Positions 5,565-15,296 of a DNA stretch of 59,881 bases are shown here, piece by piece. The notes below the pieces were generated by a model. The model was not told where the DNA came from. It searched no databases and saw only the letters and a program-made list of their open reading frames with translations. Position numbers and translations under genes: made by a program. How positions within the stretch are numbered: the first letter of the stretch is position 1; each line of letters begins with the position of its first letter. This DNA comes from Thermoanaerobaculia bacterium (lineage in GTDB: Bacteria > Acidobacteriota > Thermoanaerobaculia > Gp7-AA8), in NCBI GenBank assembly GCA_041750915.1, contig JBGSYJ010000248.1:1-59881 (forward strand). Reading direction: 5' to 3'.

Positions 5565-7931
5565 TCAGAACTTCGCCGCCACCGCTACCCGTAGCGACCG
5601 CGGTTCCACCGGATGGGTATGGATGTCCTCGATGCCCCCGACAGGTTCCCCCGGCAGACGCGACGCGTAGAAATAGTCGATGTCACTTGCGTCATCGTCG
5701 AACAGGTTGAATACATCGACCTCCAGACGGTAGCGGGGGGTGAGCGAATAGCCGGCCCGCAGACTGACAAGCCCTGAATCCTCAGAGCGGACAGAGTTGT
5801 CTTCGATCAGCGGACGAGGGCCGAGATAGCGATAGCGGATCGAACCTGAGTACCTGTCTCCCTGCATGAAAGAAAGCCCGACGGTCGCAACGCCTTCGAT
5901 TGCTCCCGGAATCCTCTGGCCGGACGGATCATCGTCGTTGAAACGGGCGCGCGCCCAGGCGGCGTCGACCTCCAGCATCAACCAGCGCCGGATGCTGTAA
6001 TGGCTCGAGAGCTCGATACCCCTGCGCCTGCTCGGGCGGCTCGCTTCCGTCGTGCCGGCGTCTCCTATGAAAAGCAGTTCAGAGTCGATATCCAGGCTCC
6101 ATAGACCGCCGGAGATGTGAAAACGGGGAGTAGGTGTAGAGCGGAATCCGAGCTCGGCGCCTCTCGTGCGCACGAGCGCATCGACGCGCTCGGCCGGTTC
6201 GCCGGTGTTGGGATCGAACGTCTGCGTCGAGCCTCGCCCGTCGTTGCTGTGAAAGCCCAAGCCCCCATTGATGTACAGCTCCGTATTGCGCCACGGTCCG
6301 AGGATGAGACCTGCTTTGGGGCTGACGAGGGAGTCGTCGCTCTTCCCGGAGTTAGCCTCGATGTCGGATGTGACATCGAAACGGTACGCATCTGCACGGA
6401 CTCCGAGAACCGTCCGAACGAGAGGAGACCAGTGCGTCGTGTTCTGAAAGAAAAGTGCCGCGCACGTCTGATCGACTGCATCCTCGCGCACGGTAGTGAG
6501 ACGCTCCCGGCGTTCTGTCCGATAGAGACCAACTCTGCCGATGTCGTCGTGGCGAAGTTGAACTCCACCTACATTCTCGACGGGCCTTCCGTTCCAGCTG
6601 GACAGCCAGCGGTGCGATCCACTCAATCCCGTAACGAGCCGGTCATCGAGTTGCTCGAACTGATCTCCATTCTCGGGATCGTCGAGAAAATAGGTGAAGT
6701 TCGAAAAGAGATTCATGTCGTAATCGATGACGTACGCATTCCACTGGGTCAGCCGGCTCTCATGGTTCCTCTGCCAGTCGGCCGAAAGGGAGTACCGGTG
6801 TGTGTCTCCGCCGTCGGAATCGTCGACCAGACCGAATCGCGAGATCCGTCCATCTGCGACTGCGCGGCGCGGAATCTGATCGGTCGAGCTCCACTTCGCG
6901 TCGTACGCCATGACGGTGACGCTGAATCCTCCCAACTGATCTCCGTCGCTGTAGCGCATCACGGCATTGATCTTTTCATACCCATCGGGCCGGACCCATG
7001 GGCCGTCGTTCTGCGCGAGCTCGACCGCTGCCAGTAGAAAACCGCTTCCCACTTTCGGCGAAGCGGCGGCCAGTACCCTGCCGTAGTCGAACCGTCCGCC
7101 CTGGATCATGACGAAGGGCTGATCCAGAAAGTTCAGATAGTTCACGTTGACGGCGCCCGCAGTGGCGAAGTCGCCTTCGTCGGCGAAATAAGGACCCTTC
7201 TTGTACTGAACCCCGCTGATCAGCTCCGGAATCAGAAAGTTGCTGTCGGCGTAACCCTGTCCATGACCGTGCGTGGGCATGTTCACCGGAAGACCGGCGA
7301 CATTGATTGCGAGATCGGTTCCGTGATCGAGATTGAATCCGCGGAGGTAGTACTGGTTCGCTTTGCCCTCGCCGCTGTGCTGGCTGATGATCAGTCCGGG
7401 AACTGTCTCGAGAACTTCACCGGGACGCTGATACGGTTGTCGTGCGATCTTCGCGGCGGACACGACGCCAACCGTACCGGAATCGGCGAAGCCGAGGAGA
7501 TCATCGACGGGCTCATCGAGCTCGGCGAGATTTCTGAACGTCTGCCGTCCGGTCACGACGACTTCCGCGCTCGACGACAGAAACATCGTCGTGTTCAGCT
7601 CGACCACTCCGTCCCCGATCGTGACTGATTTCATGAGCGAAGTTGCGAAGTTGATAAGACGAAATGCGATGTCGTAACGGCCCGGTCCCAGAGGTAACCA
7701 GTACTTACCAGAGGAGTCCGTGACGGACACCTCTGAGGCCCCACCGCTGACCGGCGTGACCTCCACCGTGACACCAGGAAGCGGGGCGCCTGTCGAGTCG
7801 AGGACCACGCCGCCAATGCTGCCGTGAGCCATGGCGATTCCCGCAGGGGCCGAGATCAATGCGGCGAGCAGTATTGCTCGTACGAGCCGTGGCATCCCAC
7901 GGCGAAACACGAGATGCGTTCTGTGAATCAC
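5565..7931 (-). CDS. TonB-dependent receptor with N-terminal carboxypeptidase-regulatory-like domain
   Basis: GTG 7931 lies 4 nt after GGAGG. Signal peptide ..LLAALISAPAGIAMAHG. CarbopepD_reg-like block GGVVLDSTGAPLPGVTVEV..TDSSGKYWL..GRYDI. Plug and barrel follow, with terminal ..AVAAKF. Confidence 0.85.
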   Translation of the reverse strand: MIHRTHLVFRRGMPRLVRAILLAALISAPAGIAMAHGSIGGVVLDSTGAPLPGVTVEVTPVSGGASEVSVTDSSGKYWLPLGPGRYDIAFRLINFATSLMKSVTIGDGVVELNTTMFLSSSAEVVVTGRQTFRNLAELDEPVDDLLGFADSGTVGVVSAAKIARQPYQRPGEVLETVPGLIISQHSGEGKANQYYLRGFNLDHGTDLAINVAGLPVNMPTHGHGQGYADSNFLIPELISGVQYKKGPYFADEGDFATAGAVNVNYLNFLDQPFVMIQGGRFDYGRVLAAASPKVGSGFLLAAVELAQNDGPWVRPDGYEKINAVMRYSDGDQLGGFSVTVMAYDAKWSSTDQIPRRAVADGRISRFGLVDDSDGGDTHRYSLSADWQRNHESRLTQWNAYVIDYDMNLFSNFTYFLDDPENGDQFEQLDDRLVTGLSGSHRWLSSWNGRPVENVGGVQLRHDDIGRVGLYRTERRERLTTVREDAVDQTCAALFFQNTTHWSPLVRTVLGVRADAYRFDVTSDIEANSGKSDDSLVSPKAGLILGPWRNTELYINGGLGFHSNDGRGSTQTFDPNTGEPAERVDALVRTRGAELGFRSTPTPRFHISGGLWSLDIDSELLFIGDAGTTEASRPSRRRGIELSSHYSIRRWLMLEVDAAWARARFNDDDPSGQRIPGAIEGVATVGLSFMQGDRYSGSIRYRYLGPRPLIEDNSVRSEDSGLVSLRAGYSLTPRYRLEVDVFNLFDDDASDIDYFYASRLPGEPVGGIEDIHTHPVEPRSLRVAVAAKF

Positions 7932-8056
7932 AGAGCCTCCAGAACCACTTCATGAAGTCTCACTGCACACGCAACCGGACCGAAGGCAACTGAAGATCGA
8001 GCGAGCGTCGGTCATGTCAGCGCCGTCAGTGGAGGAGGCTGGAGACTCTTCGGATG

Positions 8057-8479
8057 TCAGGTGAGGCGATTCTGGTCGTGGGGCGGGCTGCGGTCCCTCA
8101 CACGTGAACAGTCGAGAACTTCCGGTCGGGAGTGACGATGCTGCGCGTTCTGCAGAAGAACGCGGTCGGGAATGCTCAGCGGGTCAACATAACCGACGCC
8201 GTCGCTGATGTATGCGTCGAAATGCGCAGTGCTGTTGGCGCCGTGTTCAGGCGTGTGGGAGTTGTCTTCGCCGTTGTGACCGTCTTCCGCTCCATGCCCG
8301 GATGGCTCGTGCGGATGTGCGTGCGGGTGTTCATGTGAGGTCTCTCCATGCGAATGGAGCCTGATCCCGCCCCCGGCGTGGTCATGATCGACGTCGTGGA
8401 AAAACAGATGGAGGGCGGGTGTGAGCACCGTCCCCGTCAGATAGACGGCGAGCAGCAGCGGTCGGGCGGAGCCGGTCAT
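8057..8479 (-). CDS. Histidine-rich small protein with N-terminal hydrophobic helix (metal binding inferred)
   Basis: The segment HLFFHDVDHDHAGGGIRLHSHGETSHEHPHAHPHEPSGHGAEDGHNGEDNSHTPEHG is very His-rich (many His within about 60 aa). The ORF sits between the FAD/Rieske gene and the TonB receptor on the same strand. No clear SD. Confidence 0.55.
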   Translation of the reverse strand: MTGSARPLLLAVYLTGTVLTPALHLFFHDVDHDHAGGGIRLHSHGETSHEHPHAHPHEPSGHGAEDGHNGEDNSHTPEHGANSTAHFDAYISDGVGYVDPLSIPDRVLLQNAQHRHSRPEVLDCSRVRDRSPPHDQNRLT

Positions 8480-8517
8480 AAGTACTCGGAATTACGCAGT
8501 GAATCGAAGAACGGATT

Positions 8518-10050
8518 CTATAACTTATCGAGGTCGATTCGCTCGAGCGGTTTGACTGCCGGGCCGTTCAGAACTTCGCCGCCGGCCGAGAACCGTGAGC
8601 CGTGACAGGGGCAGTCCCAGCTCCGCTCCGCGTTGTTCCAGTGGACATCGCAGCCCATATGCGTACATACCGGGGACAATGCCGTTAGTTCCCCAGAGTC
8701 GCTGCGAGAGACAGCCATCTTCCGGCCGTCGATTTTCAGCAGTTTTCCCTCACCGGGGAGAACGTCGTCCAGCGACTTCCCCTCCACGTCCACCGACGTG
8801 AGACGGTCCCCAACGAGATGCTTCGGGAAGTCAACATTCTCAGTGACGAAGTCGACGGCGGACGCGATCGGCTTGATACGGGTGGGGTCGAAGAGTTCCT
8901 TCCATGGATTGTCGATCGCGCGGATCAAATCCGAAACGAGCATTCCCGAGAACGTGCCGAACGTCATTCCCTGACCTGCAAACCCCGTTGCAACATAGAC
9001 GTTTTTCGAGAATGAGTTCCGTCCGATGTATGGAAGCCCATCGAGAGGCTCGATGATCTGGCCTGACCACCGGTGGCTGATCTCATGAACGATGAAATGC
9101 GAGCGGATGTAGTCTTCCAGCGCCTGATAGCAGCTTTCGGTATCCGTACCATCTCCCGTCTTGTGATCCTTCCCACCGACGATGATGTAGAGACCCTCGT
9201 CCGTGCGCTGCCACCTGGTGTAGTGGTACGGATCGGCGGTGTCCCAGAAGAGCCCTTCCAGATCAGAATCGGCGCTTACCTCCGCAGCCATCGCGTACGA
9301 ACGGTACGCGGGAATCTTTGTCTGAAGAAAGAAGCGATTGTTCACCGGCACGTTCGCGGCGACGAATACGGCCTTCGCCGTGATCACGAAATCTTCTGTC
9401 TCGACACGACACGGTTCACCATCATGCACGGCGAGCACATTCGTGTTCTCGAAGATGAACGACCCGTTTCCTGGAATCGATTCAGCAATCGGGAGCAGAT
9501 AGCGGCGAGGATGAAACTCCGACTGTTTTTCGAATCGAACACCACCAGTTGCGAACGGCAACGGAACATCCGTGATGTACTCGGCGACGACACCGGCACG
9601 CCGCGCGGCCTCTGCTTCTTCACGAAGTTTATCCAGGTCGTCACCGGTCTCGCTGTAGAGAAACCCCGGCAGCTGCCGGAGGCCACAGGAGATTCCGAGC
9701 TCCAGTGCGATCTGTTCGATCTGATGAATCGCAGCGCGGCTTGCCTCGGCGGCCAGTCGCGCACCGTCGCGCCCGAAGTCGCGCTCGAGCGAGTGATACC
9801 GCGCATCGATCGCCTCGGTGAGATGTGCCGTTGTGTGCCCCGTCTCGCCCTCCGCAATTCTGTGCGCATCGACAACGGCGACCGACAGGCCGGAACGCTT
9901 GAGCAGATAAGCGGCAGTCAGACCTGAGATGCCTCCTCCCACGATCGCGACATCGATCGATAAGTCGCGGTCCAGTGCTGGGAAGCTGCTCGTGGGAGTG
10001 GTGGCAATCCAGAGAGACTCGTTCATGGAACGCGGGGGAGCAAGAAGCAT
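8518..10050 (-). CDS. FAD-dependent oxidoreductase fused to a C-terminal Rieske [2Fe-2S] domain
   Basis: Dinucleotide-binding motif DVAIVGGGISGLTAAYLL. Rieske ligand boxes CTHMGC and CPCHGSRF. The start is ambiguous (ATG 10050 or ATG 10026) and neither has an SD. An A-type array begins 9 nt upstream of 10050. Confidence 0.8.
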   Translation of the reverse strand: MLLAPPRSMNESLWIATTPTSSFPALDRDLSIDVAIVGGGISGLTAAYLLKRSGLSVAVVDAHRIAEGETGHTTAHLTEAIDARYHSLERDFGRDGARLAAEASRAAIHQIEQIALELGISCGLRQLPGFLYSETGDDLDKLREEAEAARRAGVVAEYITDVPLPFATGGVRFEKQSEFHPRRYLLPIAESIPGNGSFIFENTNVLAVHDGEPCRVETEDFVITAKAVFVAANVPVNNRFFLQTKIPAYRSYAMAAEVSADSDLEGLFWDTADPYHYTRWQRTDEGLYIIVGGKDHKTGDGTDTESCYQALEDYIRSHFIVHEISHRWSGQIIEPLDGLPYIGRNSFSKNVYVATGFAGQGMTFGTFSGMLVSDLIRAIDNPWKELFDPTRIKPIASAVDFVTENVDFPKHLVGDRLTSVDVEGKSLDDVLPGEGKLLKIDGRKMAVSRSDSGELTALSPVCTHMGCDVHWNNAERSWDCPCHGSRFSAGGEVLNGPAVKPLERIDLDKL

Positions 10051-10059
10051 GCATGGGGG

Positions 10060-10203
<144 letters not shown>

Positions 10204-10342
10204 TCCTTCCGCCTCCCGACTCCTTCCCCAACCGGGCACACATTGTGCTCGGGTTCAATGGGCACGACAGGCGGATCACCGCACCGGAGGCTCATCCGAT
10301 CGGGTGCAGATCGGCCCACGCAATCACACAAGGAGGCACACC

Positions 10343-10669
10343 GTGGGGAATACCAGCAATAGAGGTTTTGCATCGATGGACGCGGATCGCCAGCGCGAGA
10401 TCGCGAGCAAGGGTGGCCGAGCTGCGCACGCCAAAGGAACCGCACATCAGTTTACTTCCGAGGAAGCGCGGGAAGCCGGCCGCAAGGGAGGCCAGGCTGT
10501 GAGCCGCAATCGCGAGCACATGGCGGCCATCGGTCGTGAGGGTGGCCAGAGCCGCGGAAAGTCGCGTGAGCGCAGCAACGGCGACGAGCAGGGTCCGGCC
10601 GTTGGCGACCAGTCGCGAAGCCGATTCGCCAGCACCACGGAAGCCAGCGAGCTTCGCGACCGAGAATAG
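10343..10669 (+). CDS. KGG-repeat general stress protein
   Basis: GTG 10343 lies 6 nt after AAGGAGG. The N-terminus ..NRGFASMDADRQREIASKGG, plus EAGRKGG and IGREGG, match the stress-induced KGG repeat pattern. The ORF-track start at 10190 is read-through of the repeat arm. Confidence 0.75.
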   Translation: MGNTSNRGFASMDADRQREIASKGGRAAHAKGTAHQFTSEEAREAGRKGGQAVSRNREHMAAIGREGGQSRGKSRERSNGDEQGPAVGDQSRSRFASTTEASELRDRE

Positions 10670-10810
10670 TCGCGGGCAGTCAGACCCCTGGCTCGAGGCT
10701 GTGAAGGATCTCCTGTCCACCCCGCGTGGCACAGAGAGATCCTTCGCTGCCCTCAGTCGAAGGGCTCTCAAACAGAGCGCTGCGCGTGGCGCAAGCCCGC
10801 GTCACGGAGC

Positions 10811-11488
10811 TCAATCGAGCGGGTCCGGCCGCGCTTCGACACCCAGGGCCTTCCCCCATTCCCGCGCCGCAAACGCAAGTGGCGGCAGGCCGACTTTGGC
10901 TCTGCGAAGATCGATTGCCTCACCCGGCTCGATTCTGTATGGGCGATGGACTCCGTCGCTGTCGACACCGAATTGCGTACCGTACCGCTGCGGTTTTTTC
11001 TGACTCACCAGCACGCGGTCGGTCAGATACGCCAGTTTCGCGGGGTTCGCCTCCCCATTTGCGACCGCCACCTCCATCAGCTGGAGGGCTCGCTGCTGGA
11101 GCTCCGGCCGCGCGTCTGCATGCTGAGCGATCAGCCACGCTGCGTCGGCCCCATCCTGACCGACCATCGAAATCGTCGGCCAGCCGTGCTCTTCGATCAC
11201 CTTCTCGAGAAAGTCGGCACTCTCGATGTCGATCTCACGGACCCTTCTGACCGCAGGCATCGCCTCCTCCGCGTACGGCTGTCCGTCCGGCGGTGCCGGC
11301 GCTCTGTTGATCGCCGCGATCATGTCCTTGCGGGCGCGCTGATCCCGCCGGAAGAGACCCCGCAACTCGGCCCTCAGCTCGGGATGCGTGATGATCGGGG
11401 CGGCGATCTCCTGATCTGTCGAACCGCTCGCACACCCGACGAATGTAAGGATTCCCGCCAGCAGCAGGCTCTCGAGTTTTCCTGACAC
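10811..11488 (-). CDS. Lipoprotein of unknown function
   Basis: GTG 11488 lies 5 nt after AGGAGG. It gives MSGKLESLLLAGILTFVGC, a signal peptide with an FVGC lipobox. The helical body has no family I can name. Confidence 0.65.
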   Translation of the reverse strand: MSGKLESLLLAGILTFVGCASGSTDQEIAAPIITHPELRAELRGLFRRDQRARKDMIAAINRAPAPPDGQPYAEEAMPAVRRVREIDIESADFLEKVIEEHGWPTISMVGQDGADAAWLIAQHADARPELQQRALQLMEVAVANGEANPAKLAYLTDRVLVSQKKPQRYGTQFGVDSDGVHRPYRIEPGEAIDLRRAKVGLPPLAFAAREWGKALGVEARPDPLD

Positions 11489-11583
11489 CACTACCTCCTG
11501 AACTGCGTGTTCCCAAGCAATCCTCGTGATTCGTGGCGCCGCGGCGAGGGGGCGCCGGCCCCCTCGCATGATACTGGACGAGA

Positions 11584-12387
11584 CTATCGGGGGACGAACT
11601 CGAAGTCCCTGTTCGGTTCTTCGATGCCCTCGGTATCCCGCGCACAGACGAGCACAAGATTCTGGCTCTCGAAGTGGCGGAAGAAATCATCCCAGGAGAC
11701 CTGCTGCACGTCCGTCTCACTGGTGTCCGGATAGTGCACAACCAGAAGGCTGGACTCACCACTGCCCGGAGCGCCTGCAGTGGCGGGACTTCCTCCCCGT
11801 TTCTCGATCCACTCTCGAATCTGATCGTGGTCCGTCATGCGGTGAGTCTTACGGCTCTTCCGCACTGCAGCCGTGATGGCTGCAGCGGAACCGGCGGCCG
11901 CTGCGACGCCGAGAATCGCGCCAGCTACGCGCTTCGCTCTCGCTCGGCGAGTTCGGGTTCGGGCCGCCTTTGCCTGCGGCGAGTCTGGAGAAGACTGCGG
12001 GGTCCTAGTTGACGGTGAGCTTTTCTTCGAGCTCGATTTTCTGGCGGCCGAAGGCGGGGACGATTTCTTCCCGCCACGGCTTGCTGCAGCACGGGACGGC
12101 GGAGGCGAATTCTTGCCACCGCGGCTTGCGGCAGCACGGGACGGCGGGGACGATCTTGCTGCAGTCTTTCTAGCTGGCGCCTTCCTGGAGGAACTCTTCT
12201 TCGCCGTTGAGGCCTTCCTTGCAGAAGACCTGGCTGGAGACTTCTTCGATGCCGACTTCTTGGGTGCTGACTTCTTGGGTGCTGACTTCTTAGGTGCTGA
12301 CTTCTTCGACGACTTCCTGGATCCGGATTTCTTCGATGCCGCCTTCTTCGCGCCACCCTTGCTGCTGCTCTTCGATCTCGCTGCCAT
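11584..12387 (-). CDS. Histone-H1-like Lys/Ser/Ala/Pro-rich repeat protein with Ala/Gly-rich hydrophobic segment and small C-terminal globular domain
   Basis: ATG 12387 preceded by GGAGGG. KKSAP x3-4 and a duplicated 15-aa unit SPPSRAAASRGGK. Hydrophobic AGAILGVAAAAGSAAAITAAV. C-terminal domain MTDHDQIREWIEKRGG...VSWDDFFRHFESQNLVLV. Confidence 0.65.
   Translation of the reverse strand: MAARSKSSSKGGAKKAASKKSGSRKSSKKSAPKKSAPKKSAPKKSASKKSPARSSARKASTAKKSSSRKAPARKTAARSSPPSRAAASRGGKNSPPPSRAAASRGGKKSSPPSAARKSSSKKSSPSTRTPQSSPDSPQAKAARTRTRRARAKRVAGAILGVAAAAGSAAAITAAVRKSRKTHRMTDHDQIREWIEKRGGSPATAGAPGSGESSLLVVHYPDTSETDVQQVSWDDFFRHFESQNLVLVCARDTEGIEEPNRDFEFVPR
12068..12310. repeat. Intragenic tandem repeats (2 x 45 bp and 4 x 15 bp) inside the H1-like gene
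   Basis: The 45-bp unit ..gccac(g)gcggcttgc.gcagcacgggacggcgg.. starts at about 12068 and again at 12113. The 15-bp unit gc(c/t)gacttcttgggt occurs 4 times over 12251-12310 and encodes KKSAP. Confidence 0.85.
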
Positions 12388-12615
12388 CTCAACCCTCCGT
12401 TGCGTCAGGACTGACGGCGACAGGACGTCAGTGCCGGTCGAAAAAACGATGCACGCTCTGTCCGCGATTGCACGGATCACTGTCTGCCGGGCAACGCGAC
12501 CTCAACTCGTACAGCGCGTGCATATATCTCGCCAGCAGCGTCGAGCGATGGATGACCCGCTCGGTGGTTTTCACGCAGTCTCGCGCGTCAGGATGACACC
12601 TACCTCCAATCTCCG

Positions 12616-14139
12616 TCAGTGCAGCAGGTTCGCGAACAAGTTGCTTCCGAGAAATGGATCGAACAGAAAATTGCCGCGTCGCGCGAATGGGATCCACACC
12701 AGCCGCGGGTTCGACACCTCGGACGCCGCGGTCTGACCCTTCGATCGGACCAGACCCGCGTGCAGAAAGCGCGCAATCGCAAGACCGTCGGCCTCGTCAT
12801 AGTGGGCGCCATGCACGGTGCTGAGCGGCTCCCGGATCGACCCGAGCTCGGGCTGCATGTGGGACAGTCGTGATCCCAGCATCTGCAGATGCCTCAGCTG
12901 CCGGTAGCGAAACGCCGGGACGAAGACTCTGCGACGATCTTCACCCAATACGGACTCCACGATCCAGAAGGGAAGATAGAGATCCTCAGGCGCCACATCC
13001 GGCCGATCCTTCACGGACGCAATCTGGTGCGCGATCGCACGCAGCTCCTTCCCGTCGATCTCCCACGCGCGGAAGCAGGAGCCGCAGAAGAAGATCACGT
13101 CGTCGGCATTTACGGGAAGGTCCCAGCCGCAGTTCGGACAGACGAGCGGCCGGAATCCGGCGACCGTGGCGATCTGGGTGGAAGCTGTCGGCGCCGGATT
13201 GTCGAACAGCGAGCCCGTAACGTTCGGTGCGGCGACGCCGCCCGTCACACCATCGATCGCAACGCTCCTGGTGCGACCCTTCTCTTCGATGCGTCCGATC
13301 CAGAACGGGAAGTAGATCAGCGACACGACGACTCCCGCGGTCTGGCTGCTGACCACCAGCTCGTCGCCGCCGAGCAGTCCCCGCTCGAGCGCAGTGCCAG
13401 CATCGAGACCAACCGGGATCAGCGTGCCGCTTTTCGCAAGCTTCCCCGCGTCGAACAGCTCCAGTTTGAGCACCGCGGAACGGACCCCCAGCGAGTAGAC
13501 GCCCAGTCCCTCGCCATCCCCGGCAGCGAAGTTCTTCTCGATGTGGCGATGTCCGAACTCGAGCGGCTCGGGGCCGGCGGGAGTCAGGTCGGGCCGCTGC
13601 TGAATCGGCAGCGGAGCAGAGCGCGCCCGTTCGATCTCCCTGTCACCTCGGCGTTCCTTCACGCGCGTTAGTCGCTCGAAGAGCGCCAGTCCAGCGTCGA
13701 GGAGCAACTCTCCCAGCGTCGTCCCCGGTGAGCGGCCCCACCCGCCCCACTCGAGCTCCCGCGACGTATCGCCCGTCGATTCCGAGAGAGGACGGATCAT
13801 CTTGAGCTTCGGAGCGGGACGGCGCCAGCTGAACTCATGGCCGGTAACCCTGTAGAAGGGCACAAAAAAGAGGGCTGGAGCCGAAATGCTCGCTCCGCGA
13901 TCCGCCGCCAGCCGTTGCACCGCCACCCGCGCTTTCTGTTCCGAGGCTCGCGGTGCTATGGCATAGCTGAGAATCTGCCGGCGGCCGGTGACCAGAAGAT
14001 TGGACCGGCAGTGCATGCATCGAATGGCATTGCTGCCTTCCGAGAAATCGAGCGGCGCGCCACAGGTCGGACAATCCGTCGAGACAGCAAGGCGGCGGCC
14101 CGCTCCGGAGCCGGTCGATCGCGTCGAAGCACGCTTCAT
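12616..14139 (-). CDS. Duplicated zinc-ribbon protein of unknown function (third gene of the SPFH operon)
   Basis: ATG 14139 lies 13 nt after the SPFH stop codon, with GAGGA upstream. It has two modules, each a ribbon (CPTCG..CMHC and CPNCG..CGSC) followed by a region with an aromatic (V/L)PF(Y/W) motif (FFVPFYRV, YLPFWIV). Confidence 0.7.
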   Translation of the reverse strand: MKRASTRSTGSGAGRRLAVSTDCPTCGAPLDFSEGSNAIRCMHCRSNLLVTGRRQILSYAIAPRASEQKARVAVQRLAADRGASISAPALFFVPFYRVTGHEFSWRRPAPKLKMIRPLSESTGDTSRELEWGGWGRSPGTTLGELLLDAGLALFERLTRVKERRGDREIERARSAPLPIQQRPDLTPAGPEPLEFGHRHIEKNFAAGDGEGLGVYSLGVRSAVLKLELFDAGKLAKSGTLIPVGLDAGTALERGLLGGDELVVSSQTAGVVVSLIYFPFWIGRIEEKGRTRSVAIDGVTGGVAAPNVTGSLFDNPAPTASTQIATVAGFRPLVCPNCGWDLPVNADDVIFFCGSCFRAWEIDGKELRAIAHQIASVKDRPDVAPEDLYLPFWIVESVLGEDRRRVFVPAFRYRQLRHLQMLGSRLSHMQPELGSIREPLSTVHGAHYDEADGLAIARFLHAGLVRSKGQTAASEVSNPRLVWIPFARRGNFLFDPFLGSNLFANLLH

Positions 14140-14152
14140 GGCACGAGAGTCC

Positions 14153-15286
14153 TCAGGACTTCAGCAGCGCGGCGATGGGATCTCCACAGCTCACGCAGAA
14201 GCGCGAGCCCTGCGGCACCCGGGCGTTACAACCACGGCAGTGAAGCTCGGTCTGAATGCCCATCCCACAGGCCGAGCAGAACCGCGCGTTCTCAGCGAGA
14301 TTTTCGGAACAACCGGGACACTTCTGGATCACCACCAGCTGATGTCCGCAATGCGCGCAGAACCGGCTGTCAGCCATCACTTCGCCGTGGCAGGCGGGGC
14401 ATGAAGCGACTGCTTCGACCGATGCCTTGCGCCCTTCCAGCGACTTGACGAGCATTCCGGGGAGCAGCATCGCAAGTCCGGCGCCCACACCCGCTCCCAT
14501 CATCGGCGAGGCGCCCCCCTCGATGGAGCCGCCACCGGCCGCGTCGCCCAACGCCTTCGCGGCTTTGAACTGCAAAAACTTGTCGAGATCGCCCACAGCC
14601 GACATTCCGGATCTCTCATCCATCATCTTCTGCACTTCCTCCGGAGGAGTGATGCGATTGATGAAGAAGTCGACCAGCTCGAGTCCATACTTGCGAAAGT
14701 CGTCCGTCAGACGCGTCTTCACCGCAACGGCCATCTCTTCGTAGTAGCGAGGAAGCTCGAGAATCGTCTGGACCGTCTCCCCCATGAAATCGTTCAAGCG
14801 CGAAACGATCACCTCACGGAGGTAATCTTCGATGTCTGCAGTCCCGAACTTTCCCTGCGTTCCGACGACCGTGTTGAGGAAGAGCAGCGGCTGGGTCACC
14901 TGCATGGTGAAGGTTCCGAACGCCCGGAGCCTGATCAATCCGAGCTCGCTGTCCCTGAACGCGACGGGGTCCTTCGTTCCCCATCGCATATTGAGAAACA
15001 CTTTCAGATTTACGAAATAGACCTCGGCGCGGAACGGGCTCTTGAATCCGTACGGAAGCGAGAGCACTTTCGTGATGATCGGCAGATTCTGCGTGGTCAA
15101 CACATGTCTGCCCGGCCCGAGGACATCGAGCCCTTTTCCATCGCGGACAAAAATGGCAGCCTGGTTCTCCCGCACGATGAGCTGCGAGCCGAACTTGATG
15201 TCGGCCGATCCCTGCTCGGGATAACGATGAACGATCGCTTCGCCTGTGTCGTCAAACCACTCGATCACCGATCTGAATTCGGACAA
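14153..15286 (-). CDS. SPFH/Band-7 domain protein (COG4260, YdjI-like) with three C-terminal double-zinc-ribbon motifs
   Basis: TTG 15286 lies 8 nt after AGGAG. N-terminal block IEWFDDTGE.IVHRYPE..ADIKFGSQLIVRENQAAIFVRDGK. Tail CPACHG..RFCAHCG, CPGCS..RFCSACG, CRGCN..RFCVSCG. Confidence 0.8.
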   Translation of the reverse strand: MSEFRSVIEWFDDTGEAIVHRYPEQGSADIKFGSQLIVRENQAAIFVRDGKGLDVLGPGRHVLTTQNLPIITKVLSLPYGFKSPFRAEVYFVNLKVFLNMRWGTKDPVAFRDSELGLIRLRAFGTFTMQVTQPLLFLNTVVGTQGKFGTADIEDYLREVIVSRLNDFMGETVQTILELPRYYEEMAVAVKTRLTDDFRKYGLELVDFFINRITPPEEVQKMMDERSGMSAVGDLDKFLQFKAAKALGDAAGGGSIEGGASPMMGAGVGAGLAMLLPGMLVKSLEGRKASVEAVASCPACHGEVMADSRFCAHCGHQLVVIQKCPGCSENLAENARFCSACGMGIQTELHCRGCNARVPQGSRFCVSCGDPIAALLKS

Positions 15287-15296
15287 GTTTTTTCTC

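Noticed and set aside
5101-5565. ORFs 5101..5361, 5139..5435 and 5305..5565.
   Set aside because: They overlap two well-folded tRNA-Ser genes and the D-type repeat.
11873-12736. Plus-strand ORF with ADFLG repeats opposite the H1-like gene.
   Set aside because: It is the mirror image of the KKSAP repeats. It runs across an intergenic region into the 3' end of the zinc-ribbon gene and has no SD. The minus ORF has GGAGGG followed by ATG and a globular C-terminal domain. The strand choice is still only moderately certain.
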